DNA from: Nemertoderma westbladi
Taxonomy: Eukaryota; Animalia; Xenacoelomorpha
Direction of reading: 5' to 3'
Assembly: GCA_032718475.1 (NCBI GenBank)
Contig: JAUCBJ010001194.1
Location: 1 to 54,001 of the forward strand
Length of the DNA stretch: 54,001 bases
The translations under genes and the position numbers were made by a program. The notes beneath the pieces were generated by a model. It was not told the origin of the DNA and ran no database searches. It worked only from the letters and a program-made list of their open reading frames with translations. Below are positions 36,808 to 48,600 of the stretch, piece by piece; within the stretch, counting starts at the first letter, position 1; the number at the start of each line of letters is the position of its first letter.

Positions 36808-37516
36808 ACAGTAGTAGAGTAGTAGTCGTAGTAGTAGAGCCCGGGCAGTAGTAGAGTAGTAGTCGTAGTAGCAGAGCCCAGACAGTACTAGAGTAGTAGT
36901 CGTAGTAGTAGAGCCCAGACAGTAGTAGAGTAGTAGTCGTAGTAGTAGAGCCCAGACAGTAGTAGAGTAGTAGTCGTAGTAGTAGAGCCCAGACAGTAGT
37001 AGAGTAGTAGTCGTAGAAGTAGAGCCGAGACAGTAGTAGAGTAGTAGTCGTAGTAGTAGAGCCCGGGCAGTAGTAGAGTAGTAGTCTTAGTAGTAGAGCC
37101 CAGGCAGTAGTAGAGTAGTAGTCGTAGTAGTAGAGCCCAGACAGTAGTAGAGTAGTAGTCGTAGAAGTAGAGCCCAGACAGTAGTAGAGTAGTAGTCGTA
37201 GTAGTAGTAGAGCCCAGACAGTAGTAGAGCAGTAGTCGTAGTAGCAGAGCCCATATACTAACTGTAGTACTAATTTAACAGTGTATGTTTGTCTGGTTGT
37301 TGGTGGTGGTTGCTATGCGATCTGATGTGCATCAGCTGTTTTTACTAGTTTGAATAATAAATATACGGCTAATACCTAGCAGCCTAAAAAAAGCAGAGCC
37401 CAGACAGTAGTAGAGTAGTAGTCGTAGTAGTAGAGCCCGGGCAGTAGTAGAGTAGTAGTCGTAGTAGCAGAGCCCAGACAGTAGTAGAGTAGTAGCCGTA
37501 GTAGTAGAGCCCGGGC
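36808..37516. repeat. 37-bp satellite (gcccagacagtagtagagtagtagtcgtagtagtaga)n in two blocks
   Basis: Arrays 36808-37250 and 37394-37516. Confidence 0.97.
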
Positions 37517-37978
37517 AGGTCAGTTTATTTTCTAAAGGTCCATTATTGTACTGTACAGTTTAAACACATATGGTCTTTATACACTTTTTTCGTTTAGTAG
37601 TACGTGGGTATGTTGTAGTAGTAGGTGGGTGTGTTGTAGTAGTAGGTGGGTGTGTTGTAGTAGTAGGTGGGTGTGTTGTAGTAGTAGGTGGGTGTGTTGT
37701 AGTAGTAGGTGGGTGTGTTGTAGTAGTAGGTGGGTGTGTTGTAGTAGTGGGTTGGTTTGTTGTAGTAGTAGGTGGGTGTGTTGTAGTAGTAGGTGGGTGT
37801 GTTGTAGTAGTAGGTGGGTGTGTTGTAGTAGTAGGTGGGTGTGTTGTAGTAGTAGGTGGGTGTGTTGTAGTAGTGGGTGGGTGTGTTGTAGTAGTAGGTG
37901 GGTGTGTTGTAGTAGTAGGTGGGTGTGTTGTAGTAGTAGGTGGGTGTGTTGTAGTAGTAGGTGGGTGTGTTGTAGTAG
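36808..37978 (-). pseudogene. 5'-truncated duplicate of the ~40000-41120 segment (Thr-rich repeat exon plus satellite)
   Basis: Unique spacers 37251-37393 and 37517-37611 match 40472-40611 and 40772-40861. Confidence 0.9.
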
Positions 37979-38495
37979 CCCCAGCGCATCTATCTGATCT
38001 ATTGGTGCCTTACATACCACCACGTCAGCTAAGATCGAGTGACCTGACCATACGGGCTTTTAAATATCCCACGATATCACCTATAGACGTATGGGAGACG
38101 TGCATTCTCGGTAGCCGCACCTACAGTGTGGAACTCAATCCCACAGGATGTCCGCGATGCCTCAACATTGGGGTCATTCAAATCAAAACTAAAAACCAAT
38201 TTGTATCGTGCTGAATTCGGAGGGCAGGGCAATTAACTATTTGTTTTTAATATGCATTAATTTAATTTTATTTAATTTTTTACTCCATGTGGCTGCTTTC
38301 CTTTTAACTCAATGACTCTTTCTATCGTTTTACTTGAATTTATACTTTGTTTTAGACTATTTTTAGACTGTTTTTTAGACTGTATTTTAGAATAGCAAAT
38401 GTTATCCGTTGCAGTACTGTACTTAGCGCCTTAAAAACCTTGTACTTAGAAAGGCGGTATAAAAATAAATATTATTATTATTATTATTATTATTA
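37978..38495 (+). mobile_element. 5'-truncated L2/CR1-group LINE 3' end
   Basis: APAHLSDLLVPYIPPRQLRSS..YGRRAFSVAAPTVWNSIP..FKSKLKTNL, 3' UTR and (ATT)n tail. Confidence 0.9.
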
Positions 38496-38689
38496 AGGGT
38501 GTTGGGGGGGGGGGGGGGCTGTGTGGGTTCCAGCCCACGGCCCAAGAGACTGAATCGGCCCTTTCAAATTGAGCTTACCATTGTAATAATTGCCACGGGT
38601 AATTGCCAGTTAGTAACTCATAAAATTGGGGGAAAACTCCAGTTTTCACTTATATGTAGACCAAGCCTAATTAAAATAATATGTAGGTA

Positions 38690-39005
38690 GTTTCTTTCCC
38701 CATTGGTCGGCCAAAAGGAAAGTGCTAGCAGACAAAGCACTATGAATGGGAGAATCTTTTAGGCTCGTTAAGCCAAGGATTGCCTGTTTACCACCATGGG
38801 TGATCTTCCACAGTAAACCCTTCCACTCTGTTTCCCAAGTTGCCTTGGTTCCCATTTATCGACCACTGAAGGATGAAAGCCGGGGTTGGGCTAGGCTGCA
38901 GCATTTAAAGCACTGTGCCCAAATAGTGCTGCCCCATCTAGGGATCGAACCAGGGCTCCCTAATTGGAAGCCCTGGAATGTCACTACTAGACCAAGCAAT
39001 AGACA
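38690..39005 (-). mobile_element. tRNA-derived SINE with Deu/Nin-like core
   Basis: A-box TGGTCTAGTAG, B-box GGTTCGATCC, core gctttcatccttcagtggtcgataaatgggaacc. Confidence 0.7.
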
Positions 39006-39249
39006 AAGCACTATTGGATAGTTGAAGTGGTGTATCATTTTGCTAGACAGCCATGGCTGGCCATTTTATTGTATTGAAACAATCCTAGATGATGACATAT
39101 ATAATCGTTTTGTTATCGCAAGAATAGTGACACTAATTATATTACAATCTAAATAATTTGACTATTCTAATCACTAAAAGTTACGTTACAGTATTCATCA
39201 CAATATTAGTGTATGGTATGGTATGGTATACTGGTACTCGGGCATTAAT

Positions 39250-39755
39250 TAAGTGAAAAGCTACCAGACTCAGCAATTGACATTTCAAACGACAATCAAT
39301 TCAGCAATTCATTCCCCCAAAAGAGTCCCTTCTCCTTACCATCAGGTTCCTTTGTATGTCAGCAACCGCCGGTCCGTCTTACAGCTGACGATGTGGCGTC
39401 AGAATCTTCGTGATCAGCGTTTTCCGTGGATAATTGTTTCCCTTCAGCAGCGGTCATTTCATTTCATGTCTAATTTTGTTTTGGAATGAAATTTGAAATT
39501 CTCCCTATCTTAATAGTATGATGATTTTCTTTTGAAACTATCGTTACATTCTTATGTTATACTGTACTACTGTGGTAATTCTACTACCAAATACAATTCC
39601 TGCAATCTCTGTAGATCACATTCCCAACATGTACAGTAGTTGTTGTAATGTATCTAAACCGATCCAGTATCCACCGCCACTGGTGTTCCCAGATTCTTCT
39701 TTATAATCCATTCAATTTATATTGAAATCAATGGTAGTCAACGATACTGTATTAA
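39250..39755 (-). pseudogene. Degenerate fibrinogen-related domain (FReD) exon
   Basis: Manual translation: LIQYR..IDFNIN*MDYKEESGNTSGGGYWIGLDTLQQL...GKQLSTENADHED....AVRRTGGC*H...GLFWG...FEMSI; several stops and frameshifts. Confidence 0.75.
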
Positions 39756-39760
39756 GATAG

Positions 39761-40771
39761 CAGAGCCCAGACAGTAGTAGAGTAGTAGTCGTAGTAGTAG
39801 AGCCCAGACAGTAGTAGAGTAGTAGTCGTAGTAGTAGAGCCCAGACAGTAGTAGAGTAGTAGTCGTAGTAGTAGAGCCCAGACAGTAGTAGAGTAGTAGT
39901 CGTAGTAGTAGAGCCCAGACAGTAGTAGAGTAGTAGTCGTAGTAGCAGAGCCCAGACAGTAGTAGAGTAGTAGTCGTAGTAGTAGAGCCCAGACAGTAGT
40001 AGAGTAGTAGTCGTAGTAGTAGAGCCCAGACAGTAGTAGAGTAGTAGTCGTAGTAGTAGAGCCCAGACAGTAGTAGAGTAGTAGTCGTAGTAGTAGAGCC
40101 CAGACAGTAGTAGAGTAGTAGTCGTAGTAGTAGAGCCCAGACAGTAGTAGAGTAGTAGTCGTAGTAGTAGAGCCCAGACAGTAGTAGAGTAGTAGTCGTA
40201 GTAGTAGAGCCCAGACAGTAGTAGAGTAGTAGTCGTAGTAGTAGAGCCCAGACAGTAGTAGAGTAGTAGTCGTAGAAGTAGAGCCCAGACAGTAGTAGAG
40301 TAGTAGTCTTAGTAGTAGAGCCCAGACAGTAGTAGAGTAGTAGTCGTAGTAGTAGAGCCCAGTCAGTAGTAGAGTAGTAGTCGTAGAAGTAGAGCCCAGA
40401 CAGTAGTAGAGTAGTAGTCGTAGTAGTAGAGCCCAGACAGTAGTAGAGCAGTAGTCGTAGTAGCAGAGCCCATATACTAACTGTAGTACTAATTTAACAG
40501 TGTATTTTGTCTGGTTGTTGGTGGTGGTTGCTATGCGATCTGATGTGCATCAGCTGTTTTTACTAGTTTGAATAATAAATATACGGCTAATACCTAGAAG
40601 CCTAAAAAAAGCAGAGCCCAGACAGTAGTAGAGTAGTAGTCGTAGTAGTAGAGCCCGGGCAGTAGTAGAGTAGTAGTCGTAGTAGTAGAGCCCAGACAGT
40701 AGTAGAGTAGTAGTCGTAGTAGCAGAGCCCAGACAGTAGTAGAGTAGTAGTCGTAGTAGTAGAGCCCGGGC
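39761..40771. repeat. 37-bp satellite arrays (39761-40471, 40612-40771)
   Basis: About 19 + 4 highly homogeneous units. Confidence 0.97.
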
Positions 40772-40809
40772 AGGTCAGTTTATTTTCTAAAGGCCCATTA
40801 TTGTACAGT

Positions 40810-41586
40810 TTAAACACATATGGTCTTTATACACTTTTTTCGTTTAGTAGTACGTGGGTATGTTGTAGTAGTAGGTAGGTGTGTTGTAGTAGTAGGTGGG
40901 TGTGTTGTAGTAGTAGGTGGGTGTGTTGTAGTAGTGGGTTGGTTTGTTGTAGTAGTAGGTGGGTGTGTTGTAGTAGTAGGTGGGTGTGTTGTAGTAGTAG
41001 GTGGGTGTGTTGTAGTAGTGGGTTGGTTTGTTGTAGTAGTAGGTGGGTGTGTTGTAGTAGTAGGTGGGTGTGTTGTAGTAGTGGGTTGGTTTGTTGTAGT
41101 AGTAGGTGGGTGTGTTGTAGCATTGGGTTGGTTTGTTGTAGCAGTGGGTGAAAGTGTTACAGTAAGAGCTTGAGCTGTGGTTGTAGATGATGCATTCGCT
41201 ATCCATTCCGTTGGCATTATTGGTGCGACACTCTCTGTGGTGTCTCCTTCGTTTGATATATCTATAGTTCTAATGGTGGTAGACTCGGCTGGTCCAGGTT
41301 GTAACAGCACCATTAATAAAATTACAGTGACAATAAATGTCAGGAAAGATGATAATATTCCGAATACAAATTTAACAATTTTCTCATCAGTATCCAGCAG
41401 TCTACACAACCAGTTTGATGGTTCTGTATCATTCTGTTGCTGTTCGTGCGGAATATTGGCCTCCAGATCTCCCTGTATTTGTGGCGATCGCTGAACTTCA
41501 CCCAATTGGATTTCTTCTACAGCAGTAACATAAGAATGGTTGGAAGAAGAACGACTGGATCCATTGAACAAAGATGCCATGGTCAC
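40810..41586 (-). CDS. Single-pass membrane protein with mucin-like Thr/Pro stalk; probably the 5' part of a FReD gene
   Basis: TM FVFGILSSFLTFIVTVILLMVLL, no signal peptide, PTTTTHP 21-bp repeats, N-X-S/T sites after the TM. Confidence 0.65.
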   Translation of the reverse strand: MTMASLFNGSSRSSSNHSYVTAVEEIQLGEVQRSPQIQGDLEANIPHEQQQNDTEPSNWLCRLLDTDEKIVKFVFGILSSFLTFIVTVILLMVLLQPGPAESTTIRTIDISNEGDTTESVAPIMPTEWIANASSTTTAQALTVTLSPTATTNQPNATTHPPTTTTNQPTTTTHPPTTTTHPPTTTTNQPTTTTHPPTTTTHPPTTTTHPPTTTTNQPTTTTHPPTTTTHPPTTTTHLPTTTTYPRTTKRKKCIKTICV

Positions 41587-42010
41587 TTTAAATTAAAAAT
41601 TGTGAATTAAATTATTTCATTAAAACGTCAAATTATCGATTATTAATATTTCTAATTAACTTTTCTAGATTTTCTAGAACATGGATTTCATGTATTTCTA
41701 TGATTACCCTTTCATTAGTTAATTCAGAAAGTATTAAAAATATGTAAACGGAAATTCATTAACACTGTCTCGACTCTAATATACATCACTTTGTAGTGAC
41801 GTCAAATCTGAAGCAGCCAATCACAGCCGATTTTCAAAATTGGCTTCCCGCACTGGCCCTTGTGCCAGTTACAAATGAGCCCTCGGCTACGCCTTGGGTT
41901 TATAACTTGTCCCTCGGGTAAATAATTCGTAAAATAACTAAATAACCTGGTAATAATATATGATATGATATTATTAGTATTAATAATTACTATATATTAT
42001 TAATTAAAAA

Positions 42011-43732
42011 ATGATTTTTTATGAACATATAAAGACATCGCTGCCGTATCTGCTAACAATTCTAGTTCTTTTGTTCAATACGTGTTTAAAGATTGGTTCG
42101 ATTCCATCCTCTTGGAGAATGAGCTTGATTAAAGTACTATACAAGGGTAAGGGAAGTACATCAAACCCAGGTAATTACCGCGGAATAGCCATGATTAGTG
42201 TCCTAACATCGATAATAGACACCCGGGTTCAAAGACATTGCAGACACCTTTTCCCGTCGGAACAGTTTGGATTTATCAATGGGAAATCAACGAGACAAGC
42301 CATAGGAATGTTTATAAATTTCATACGTATGAAAGTATATTCTAGTGCTGAACAATCGACACCAGTCTACGCCGCTTTCATTGATTTCTGGAAAGCTTTC
42401 GACATGGTAGATCGAAAAATCCTCTTATGGAAAATTTATATACAGTTTAATATCAAAGGGAAGCTATATTGTCTATTTAAAGGAATTCTCAACAACTCAA
42501 TTAAAATATACGACGGAGTTCAGTATTCATCACCTATTAAACAGCTGCGAGGTATCTTACAGGGTGACTGTTTCTCTCCAACCGCAGCTACGAGGTATCT
42601 TACAGGGTGACTGTCTCTCTCCAACCGCAGCTACGAGGTATCTTACAGGGTGACTGTTTCTCTCCAACCGCAGCTACGAGGTATCTTACAGGGTGACTGT
42701 TTCTCTCCAACCGCAGCTACGAGGTATCTTACAGGGTGACTGTTTCTCTCCAACCACAGCTACGAGGAATCTTACAGGGTGCCTTTTTCTCTCCAACCGC
42801 TTTTGTGATGTTTATATCTGATCTGGCTTCATGTTTACGTCGCATTGGATCTACCATACTGTTATCTTCTTTGCAGACGATTTGGTTCTTTATTCAACGG
42901 ACAAATCAGCTGTCCAATCCGGGCTAGATGAGTTATATCTCTGGTGCAAAAAGAAAAAACTGAGTCTAAATTTGGACAAGACTAAAATAATGAAGTTCCG
43001 AAGAGGCGGTAGACTGGCGGCCTCCCAAGACAAATTCTATTTCGGCGGCGAGCCAGTTGAAGTTAGCAACTTGTATGTTTATCTTGGAATCACTCTCCAG
43101 CCGACACTGTGTTTCACACAGCATATAGAAAACAAGAAGCAACACTCTTACTCATTAATAGGTTGCCTCAGGCATATCCATCTCGTCTCTATTGAAACTG
43201 GCTTAAAAAATTTCAAAATGGAAATTTATCCTGCCGTATCATACAGCTTCACTGAAATTGCTGAATATTTTACTCTCGCAAACTTAAAGGAGATGGATAA
43301 AATTAAATCAGAACGACAAACCAACTTTGAAAATGGAAACTACACTGCAGGCCCAGCTTTTAGCTGTTCAACGTGGAAACCAATCAAATCGATACGTTGT
43401 CACCAGGGCAACCGCCCATGGTTTTCACCATCTGATATGCGTGAACTCGGCCCCATTTCACGACCTTTCCTCGACGGATTGTTTTTGTAAATTCTGCGGC
43501 GAAATATCCGCCAACCGCCATCATGTGTTAACCTGTACCTCTTCCCCATCACTTTCAAGTCTAGCGTTGATATAACCTTTATTTAGTTACTTTTATGGGA
43601 TATTATTTATGTTTTAATTTATAATATTTTACTTAAAACTGTGTTAATTTTAATTAAGATATATTTTATAAATAAAGTCATCAATTGCCCCGCATGGGGG
43701 CGTAAATTTAAAAAAATAAAAATAAAAAAAAA
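42011..43732 (+). mobile_element. 5'-truncated LINE (RT plus C-terminal CCHC, RTEX-like), disrupted
   Basis: NYRGIA, QFGF, FIDFWKAFDMVDR, GILQGD..SP, FADD, YLG; CKFC...HHVLTC; A-rich tail ~43710-43732. Confidence 0.9.
42542..42799 (+). repeat. 43-bp tandem repeat x6 inside the RT QG motif
   Basis: cagctacgaggtatcttacagggtgactgtttctctccaaccg at 42542, 42585, 42628, 42671, 42714, 42757. Confidence 0.97.
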
Positions 43733-44174
43733 GGTTTCTAATAAAATTACTAAAATACATTAAAATGACAGTGTATAAAATATTGAAAAATTTTCCGTGC
43801 TTTATCTGACATTCTGATAATCTGTAATCACTCCACACGCTTTTTGTCAGTATTCAATAGGTACTGTAGGCCTACTACAGTACTACTGCAGGAAAAAATA
43901 GAAAACAAGAAGCAACACTCTTACTCATTAATAGGTTGCCTAGGAATAGCGAATAGACAACCTTATATAATAGGAATGGTTTTCTTGTCTGACTGTCCTG
44001 CTGTCTGGACTGTACTACCCCATACTGCCATACCCTGTGCAACTGTGTACCACTACGGTACTACAACTACCAGATTATAGGTAGACAGACCAGCAGACAG
44101 GCATAACATTATACTGTTATAACAGCTGAACAGCAACACTGTCAGACTGTAGTACAGTAGTAAGACATTTGAAG

Positions 44175-47100
44175 ATGAGTGAACTTAGCCAAGAAGAAAT
44201 TCGTAGAAAACGATTGGCAAAGTTATCCGTTTCTCCGCAACAGCAACAAACGCCACCAAATGAGACGCAAACTGAAGGCCAGTCGACGACATTGAGCGGT
44301 GCTGCGGGTGGGGTGAGCGAGCAGTCAACCCCGGCCGTTCATCTGCCCCCTATTCGGCCGACAGACCGACACAGCCCCACAACTAGCCGCGCCAAGTCGG
44401 CCCATAAAAAGTGCAAGAAAGACGAGTCGGAGACGGAGAGACCCAGCGAATCGGTCGTTCACGGATCATCGAGTCAGGATCCATCGACCCTGGGATCCGG
44501 GGTTCATTCCTTCGAGTTCGATTCCGGTATCGACACGATGGAAGTCGACGATCCGGGTTCCTATGAGACCGGAACTTCCGGGCGGCATCCGGACACTGTC
44601 CGGACGTCCGGGAACCAACCGGACAACGTCCGACCCTGCTCCCTGAAGTCCCAAGTCTCGGATCTTCTCAACGTGACCTTCACCACCCCGCATGATGGGC
44701 GGGTTCATCTCCCGGAGTTATCAGAAAGTAAACTCGATATCGATAACCCGAACTCCCTTGAGGAGTATGTATCTCTTGTTGTTATGGAGGTTGCCTCCCT
44801 CCCTGTGGACACTCTCGTCTCTAAGGCCCCCCTCCCCCCCTTATTGTCCCCCCATTTGGTCCCCGAACTCCACACAATCGCCCCTCGATCCTGTCTAATC
44901 TTATCCTTCCTCATGCAATCGTACAAACAAATAAACTCGCAGATTAACTCCCGTCGAAGTCGCTACTCGCAACCGCTACTCCTCGCTGCGACCCGCGTGG
45001 TCTCCCGCTACTCGGCGCTGCTCCTTGCTGGAACGTTCCACCCATCCGACTCCATTTCCCCTCTACTCCCCTACATTCTAGACGACTCGATTCCCGATGG
45101 TTTTATCTCGTCGCTTTTCCAATCGATCGACGAAGAATCCTTCGAGCCAACTTTCTCCCCGGTCGTCTCCAATGTGTTAGACTCTCTGACCCAACTGGAC
45201 CCATCATCCCAGGCGATCATCGCGGCTCTTTCCTTCCTCGCCGACCTGTCTGCATTGCAGACGGACAACGTCCGACCGTTCTGCCGTCTGCTGACTACCT
45301 CGGCCACCTGGAACCCCTCCCCCATCTCCAAGGCTACTGGCCGCGAGCTGCAGCGGTTCTCGGCGCTCGGTTCGCTCCTCTCGCCGTCGCTGCTCTACTC
45401 GGACGACCCGCGGCTGGGCGACCGGCTGGTGCCCCGTGGCAGCGACGCCTCCCAGCCGGACCCCATGGTGGCCGCCGCCGTGGAGCGGACCCAGACGGCC
45501 CTGCGCGCCGCCACCTACCGCGTGGTCCACCCGCTAGTCCTGCAGCCCGACACTCGGCGCGCGTTGCTCGTCTACCTCGCTGCGTTCATCCACCGCAACG
45601 CGCCCCGCTGTCGTCTGCAGTACGACGAGTCCCTAGTCGCCCAGGACGGATTCGCGCTGAATCTGTTGGACGCGGCGCAGCAGCTCTGCGTTAAAGTGAA
45701 CCCGGAGCGGGTCGACGGCTCCTACCTGGTTGCCCCCGGGTGTCTCATAGACGCGTCTCAGTCTACGAGACTCGCGGCCACTCAGCAGCAGCTCGCAGAC
45801 TGGGCGGCCGCCTGTCTCCCAAACACCGCTCCCAATTTCACCACAGAGATATTCATAGTGGCGGTCCATCTGCACCACTGCGCGCTGCTTCCGGCGCTAC
45901 GGGGGTTGACGCAACGGCAACGGGCGAAACGCGAGGTAAAACAGGTGCTGCGGGAGTTGGAGACCAGCGAGTCGCAGTGGAGAGGCACGCCGTTGGCGCA
46001 ACGGAACCGGCAGATGTTGGTCGTACTGCGGGATAAACTCGATAAGTTATCCGTCGCTGTGCAGCTCGACCGGATGGCCTTACTCGACGCGACTTCCTTA
46101 ACCGCGGCCCTGAGATTCTACGCGAAACTCGCCAACTATATAATGCTGGTCGCGCTGCCGGACCACCGGGTCCCCACCCTCCCGTTGCCCCGCGTTACTC
46201 CGCCCCAGTTCGCTGCCATGCCCGAGTTCTACATGGAGGACATCGCCGAGTTCCTCATCTTCCTCGTCCAATTCTCTCCGCTCGTTCTCGCCGAGTCCTC
46301 CTACTTCCCCGACATCCTCACCTTCCTAGTCCTCTTCGTCAGCTCACCCTCCTCCGTCTCCAACCCCTACCTCATCGCCAAACTCATCGAGGTCCTCTTC
46401 ATCCTGAACCCCGCGGTGCAGGAGGCGACCCCCCGGCTGTACGACTCGTTGTTGTCGCACCCGTTGGCCAGCAACCGGATGGCCCCGGCGTTAGTCGACT
46501 TCTACACCGCGGTCGAGTCGACCGGCTCCAGCAACGAGTTCTACGATAAGTTCTCTATCCGGTTCCACATCGCGGTGTTGCTGAAGTCGTTGTGGTCGAT
46601 AGCGACGCATCAGTTCGCGTTGCGAGTCGCATCAGAGTCGCCCGAGTTCGTCCGATTCGTCAATATGTTGATGAACGACACGACGTTCTTATTGGATGAG
46701 TCGTTGGATTGTTTGAAACGGATTCGCGAGGAACACGAAGCGAAGAAGAATGTTAGCGAGTGGGAAAGTCAAAGTCGGGAGGAGCGGGATAGTCGGGAGC
46801 AGCAGTTAGCGACGGACGAGCGGGTGTGTCGCTCCTATCTGACGCTGGCCAACGCCACCGTCGATATGCTGCACTACCTGAGTCGCGACCTCCCCAAGCC
46901 GTTCCTGCGACCGGAGTTGGTGACCCGGATGGCCACCATGCTCAACTACAATCTGTCGCAGCTGTGCGGCTCCAAGGCCCGCGAGTTGAAGGTCTCCGGA
47001 GCCCGCGAGCGATACGGATTCGACGCCAGACACACTCTCGATCAACTCACTGATATTTATCTTCATCTCGACGAGGATTCGGGGGTATTCGCGGAGTCGG

Positions 47101-47495
47101 TGGCCGCAGACGGCCGCTCCTACAACCGTCAGCTCTTCGTCAACGCGATGGCGATAATCCGGAATTACAATCTGAAGACGTCGACCGCGGTCTCGCTGTT
47201 CGAAGGGTTAGCGAGTCGCGTCGAAGAGATCGCAGTCAGCAACCGACAGGAGGAGATGGACTTTAGCGACCTTCCGGATGAGTTTAAGGATCCGTTGATG
47301 GATACGTTGATGACGGATCCGGTGGTGCTCCCCAGCGGGATCATAATGGATCGGCCGATCATACTGAGGCATTTACTCAACTCCTCGACGGATCCGTTTA
47401 ATCGATCGAGTTTAACGGAGAGTCAGCTGGTTCCCGAGGATTCGTTGAGGCGGAGGATAGCGGAATGGATCGAATCGCGTCGCTCTAAACCCTGA
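44175..47495 (+). CDS. UBE4B: Ubiquitin conjugation factor E4 B (UFD2a), U-box E3/E4 ligase, single exon
   Basis: [18 protein letters not shown]-terminus; Ufd2 core [40 protein letters not shown]; U-box [17 protein letters not shown]...TDPFNR. Confidence 0.96.
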   Translation: MSELSQEEIRRKRLAKLSVSPQQQQTPPNETQTEGQSTTLSGAAGGVSEQSTPAVHLPPIRPTDRHSPTTSRAKSAHKKCKKDESETERPSESVVHGSSSQDPSTLGSGVHSFEFDSGIDTMEVDDPGSYETGTSGRHPDTVRTSGNQPDNVRPCSLKSQVSDLLNVTFTTPHDGRVHLPELSESKLDIDNPNSLEEYVSLVVMEVASLPVDTLVSKAPLPPLLSPHLVPELHTIAPRSCLILSFLMQSYKQINSQINSRRSRYSQPLLLAATRVVSRYSALLLAGTFHPSDSISPLLPYILDDSIPDGFISSLFQSIDEESFEPTFSPVVSNVLDSLTQLDPSSQAIIAALSFLADLSALQTDNVRPFCRLLTTSATWNPSPISKATGRELQRFSALGSLLSPSLLYSDDPRLGDRLVPRGSDASQPDPMVAAAVERTQTALRAATYRVVHPLVLQPDTRRALLVYLAAFIHRNAPRCRLQYDESLVAQDGFALNLLDAAQQLCVKVNPERVDGSYLVAPGCLIDASQSTRLAATQQQLADWAAACLPNTAPNFTTEIFIVAVHLHHCALLPALRGLTQRQRAKREVKQVLRELETSESQWRGTPLAQRNRQMLVVLRDKLDKLSVAVQLDRMALLDATSLTAALRFYAKLANYIMLVALPDHRVPTLPLPRVTPPQFAAMPEFYMEDIAEFLIFLVQFSPLVLAESSYFPDILTFLVLFVSSPSSVSNPYLIAKLIEVLFILNPAVQEATPRLYDSLLSHPLASNRMAPALVDFYTAVESTGSSNEFYDKFSIRFHIAVLLKSLWSIATHQFALRVASESPEFVRFVNMLMNDTTFLLDESLDCLKRIREEHEAKKNVSEWESQSREERDSREQQLATDERVCRSYLTLANATVDMLHYLSRDLPKPFLRPELVTRMATMLNYNLSQLCGSKARELKVSGARERYGFDARHTLDQLTDIYLHLDEDSGVFAESVAADGRSYNRQLFVNAMAIIRNYNLKTSTAVSLFEGLASRVEEIAVSNRQEEMDFSDLPDEFKDPLMDTLMTDPVVLPSGIIMDRPIILRHLLNSSTDPFNRSSLTESQLVPEDSLRRRIAEWIESRRSKP

Positions 47496-47897
47496 GACAC
47501 CCTGCGGGACCGACCAGGCCATCGTCTTATTATTCAGTAACATTTTATGTTTGTCAGTATAAATTTATTTTTGTTAACTAATTAATTTACCTCATTAAAT
47601 ACGTTGATATTCCTAATAGAGGCGAGAATAATTGATATTTTTTGTAGTTGAGTTTGCGTTTAGTGCCTCTATAACCCCGGAGTCAATTAAAATAAACCAC
47701 CAAAATAAACAACAGATTTATTTAATTAACATCTGGTATACTAATTAATATTCCTTGTAATATTATTAATTGTTGCAATAGAATGGCAGTTGTTGCGTCC
47801 CAATAATAATTTATTTTATCCAGCTATTACAATATTAGTCAGTCTCAATCATATCGTCTCAATGTTAAAATTATCAATTTATGGAAAGGAGGAGGGG

Positions 47898-47994
47898 ACA
47901 GTGGCACGTTATTCTAACCAAAACAATAAACTAAAGCCAATCGAACAGGATACAGTTTTATTTCTGGGATGATTATCCCCCATATCTGCATCGG
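47898..47994 (+). repeat. Dispersed ~95-bp repeat (copy of 22939-23033)
   Basis: Direct similarity. Confidence 0.8.
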
Positions 47995-48021
47995 TTGTAA
48001 CAGTATTATAATGTATTACAG

Positions 48022-48600
48022 TCTATATACCTATAAAAGTAAAATCCTCTCTCTCTCTCTCTCTCTATGTGCTCGAACTCATAAAACGGGTGTAGGGATT
48101 GCGCTGGGACTTGGCATTGTGTGCGAGCGGGCGTTATAGGCCACTTTTCGAAAAGTTTAATTCACGTTCGGTTTATACCGGTACCGTTTATTGCTGGTTT
48201 TGGCGGAACCGGTACCGGTTTTTAATACAATACACCCAGTCGGGGTAAATAAAATTATATAATATGGATTATATTTAATTATAAACTTTTAAATTGCCAA
48301 TCGATATAAATCGAAATGTTTATTCTTAATTATAAAAATATCGTCAATATATTCAAAAGTTTTTGTGTTAAGTGATTTTTCAAACGGGATAAAATAAATC
48401 GGTGTGGGGCGAGCCACGAAGTCTGGGTGTCCCTTAGCGTAGCGGTATAATTTGTGTACCGTCAGTCGTCATTGGAAATGTTTGAACGCTAAATAAGTCG
48501 GTCAATCATGGATGAAATGGAACCAAACTTGGTACAAATGTAGTCTATCAAAAGTTTAGAAATTCTACACACAGATAGACTTCTATAGTTCCGCCTCACT
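48022..48600 (+). mobile_element. Possible non-autonomous Helitron/HINE-like fragment(s)
   Basis: TCTATATA..AAAA start, (CT)n microsatellite, aaaacgg...gatt and ccaaacttggtaca blocks reminiscent of such elements. Confidence 0.35.

Noticed and set aside
37570-38023. VVVVGGC, YYYNTPT, CCSSRWV and LLLQHTH ORFs (also at 40820-41206)
   Set aside because: Shadow frames of the PTTTTHP repeat; the 37570-38214 ORF is a chance fusion with an L2 fragment
34140-39720. TGA at several Trp positions suggesting a UGA=Trp genetic code
   Set aside because: UBE4B uses TGG for Trp and ends in TGA at the expected position; the FReD exon also has TAG/TAA stops and frameshifts, so ordinary decay explains it
36808-40771. 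37-bp repeats, and also the 21-, 28- and 43-bp arrays, as CRISPR arrays
   Set aside because: Units are head-to-tail with no unique spacers, there are no cas genes, and the context is eukaryotic
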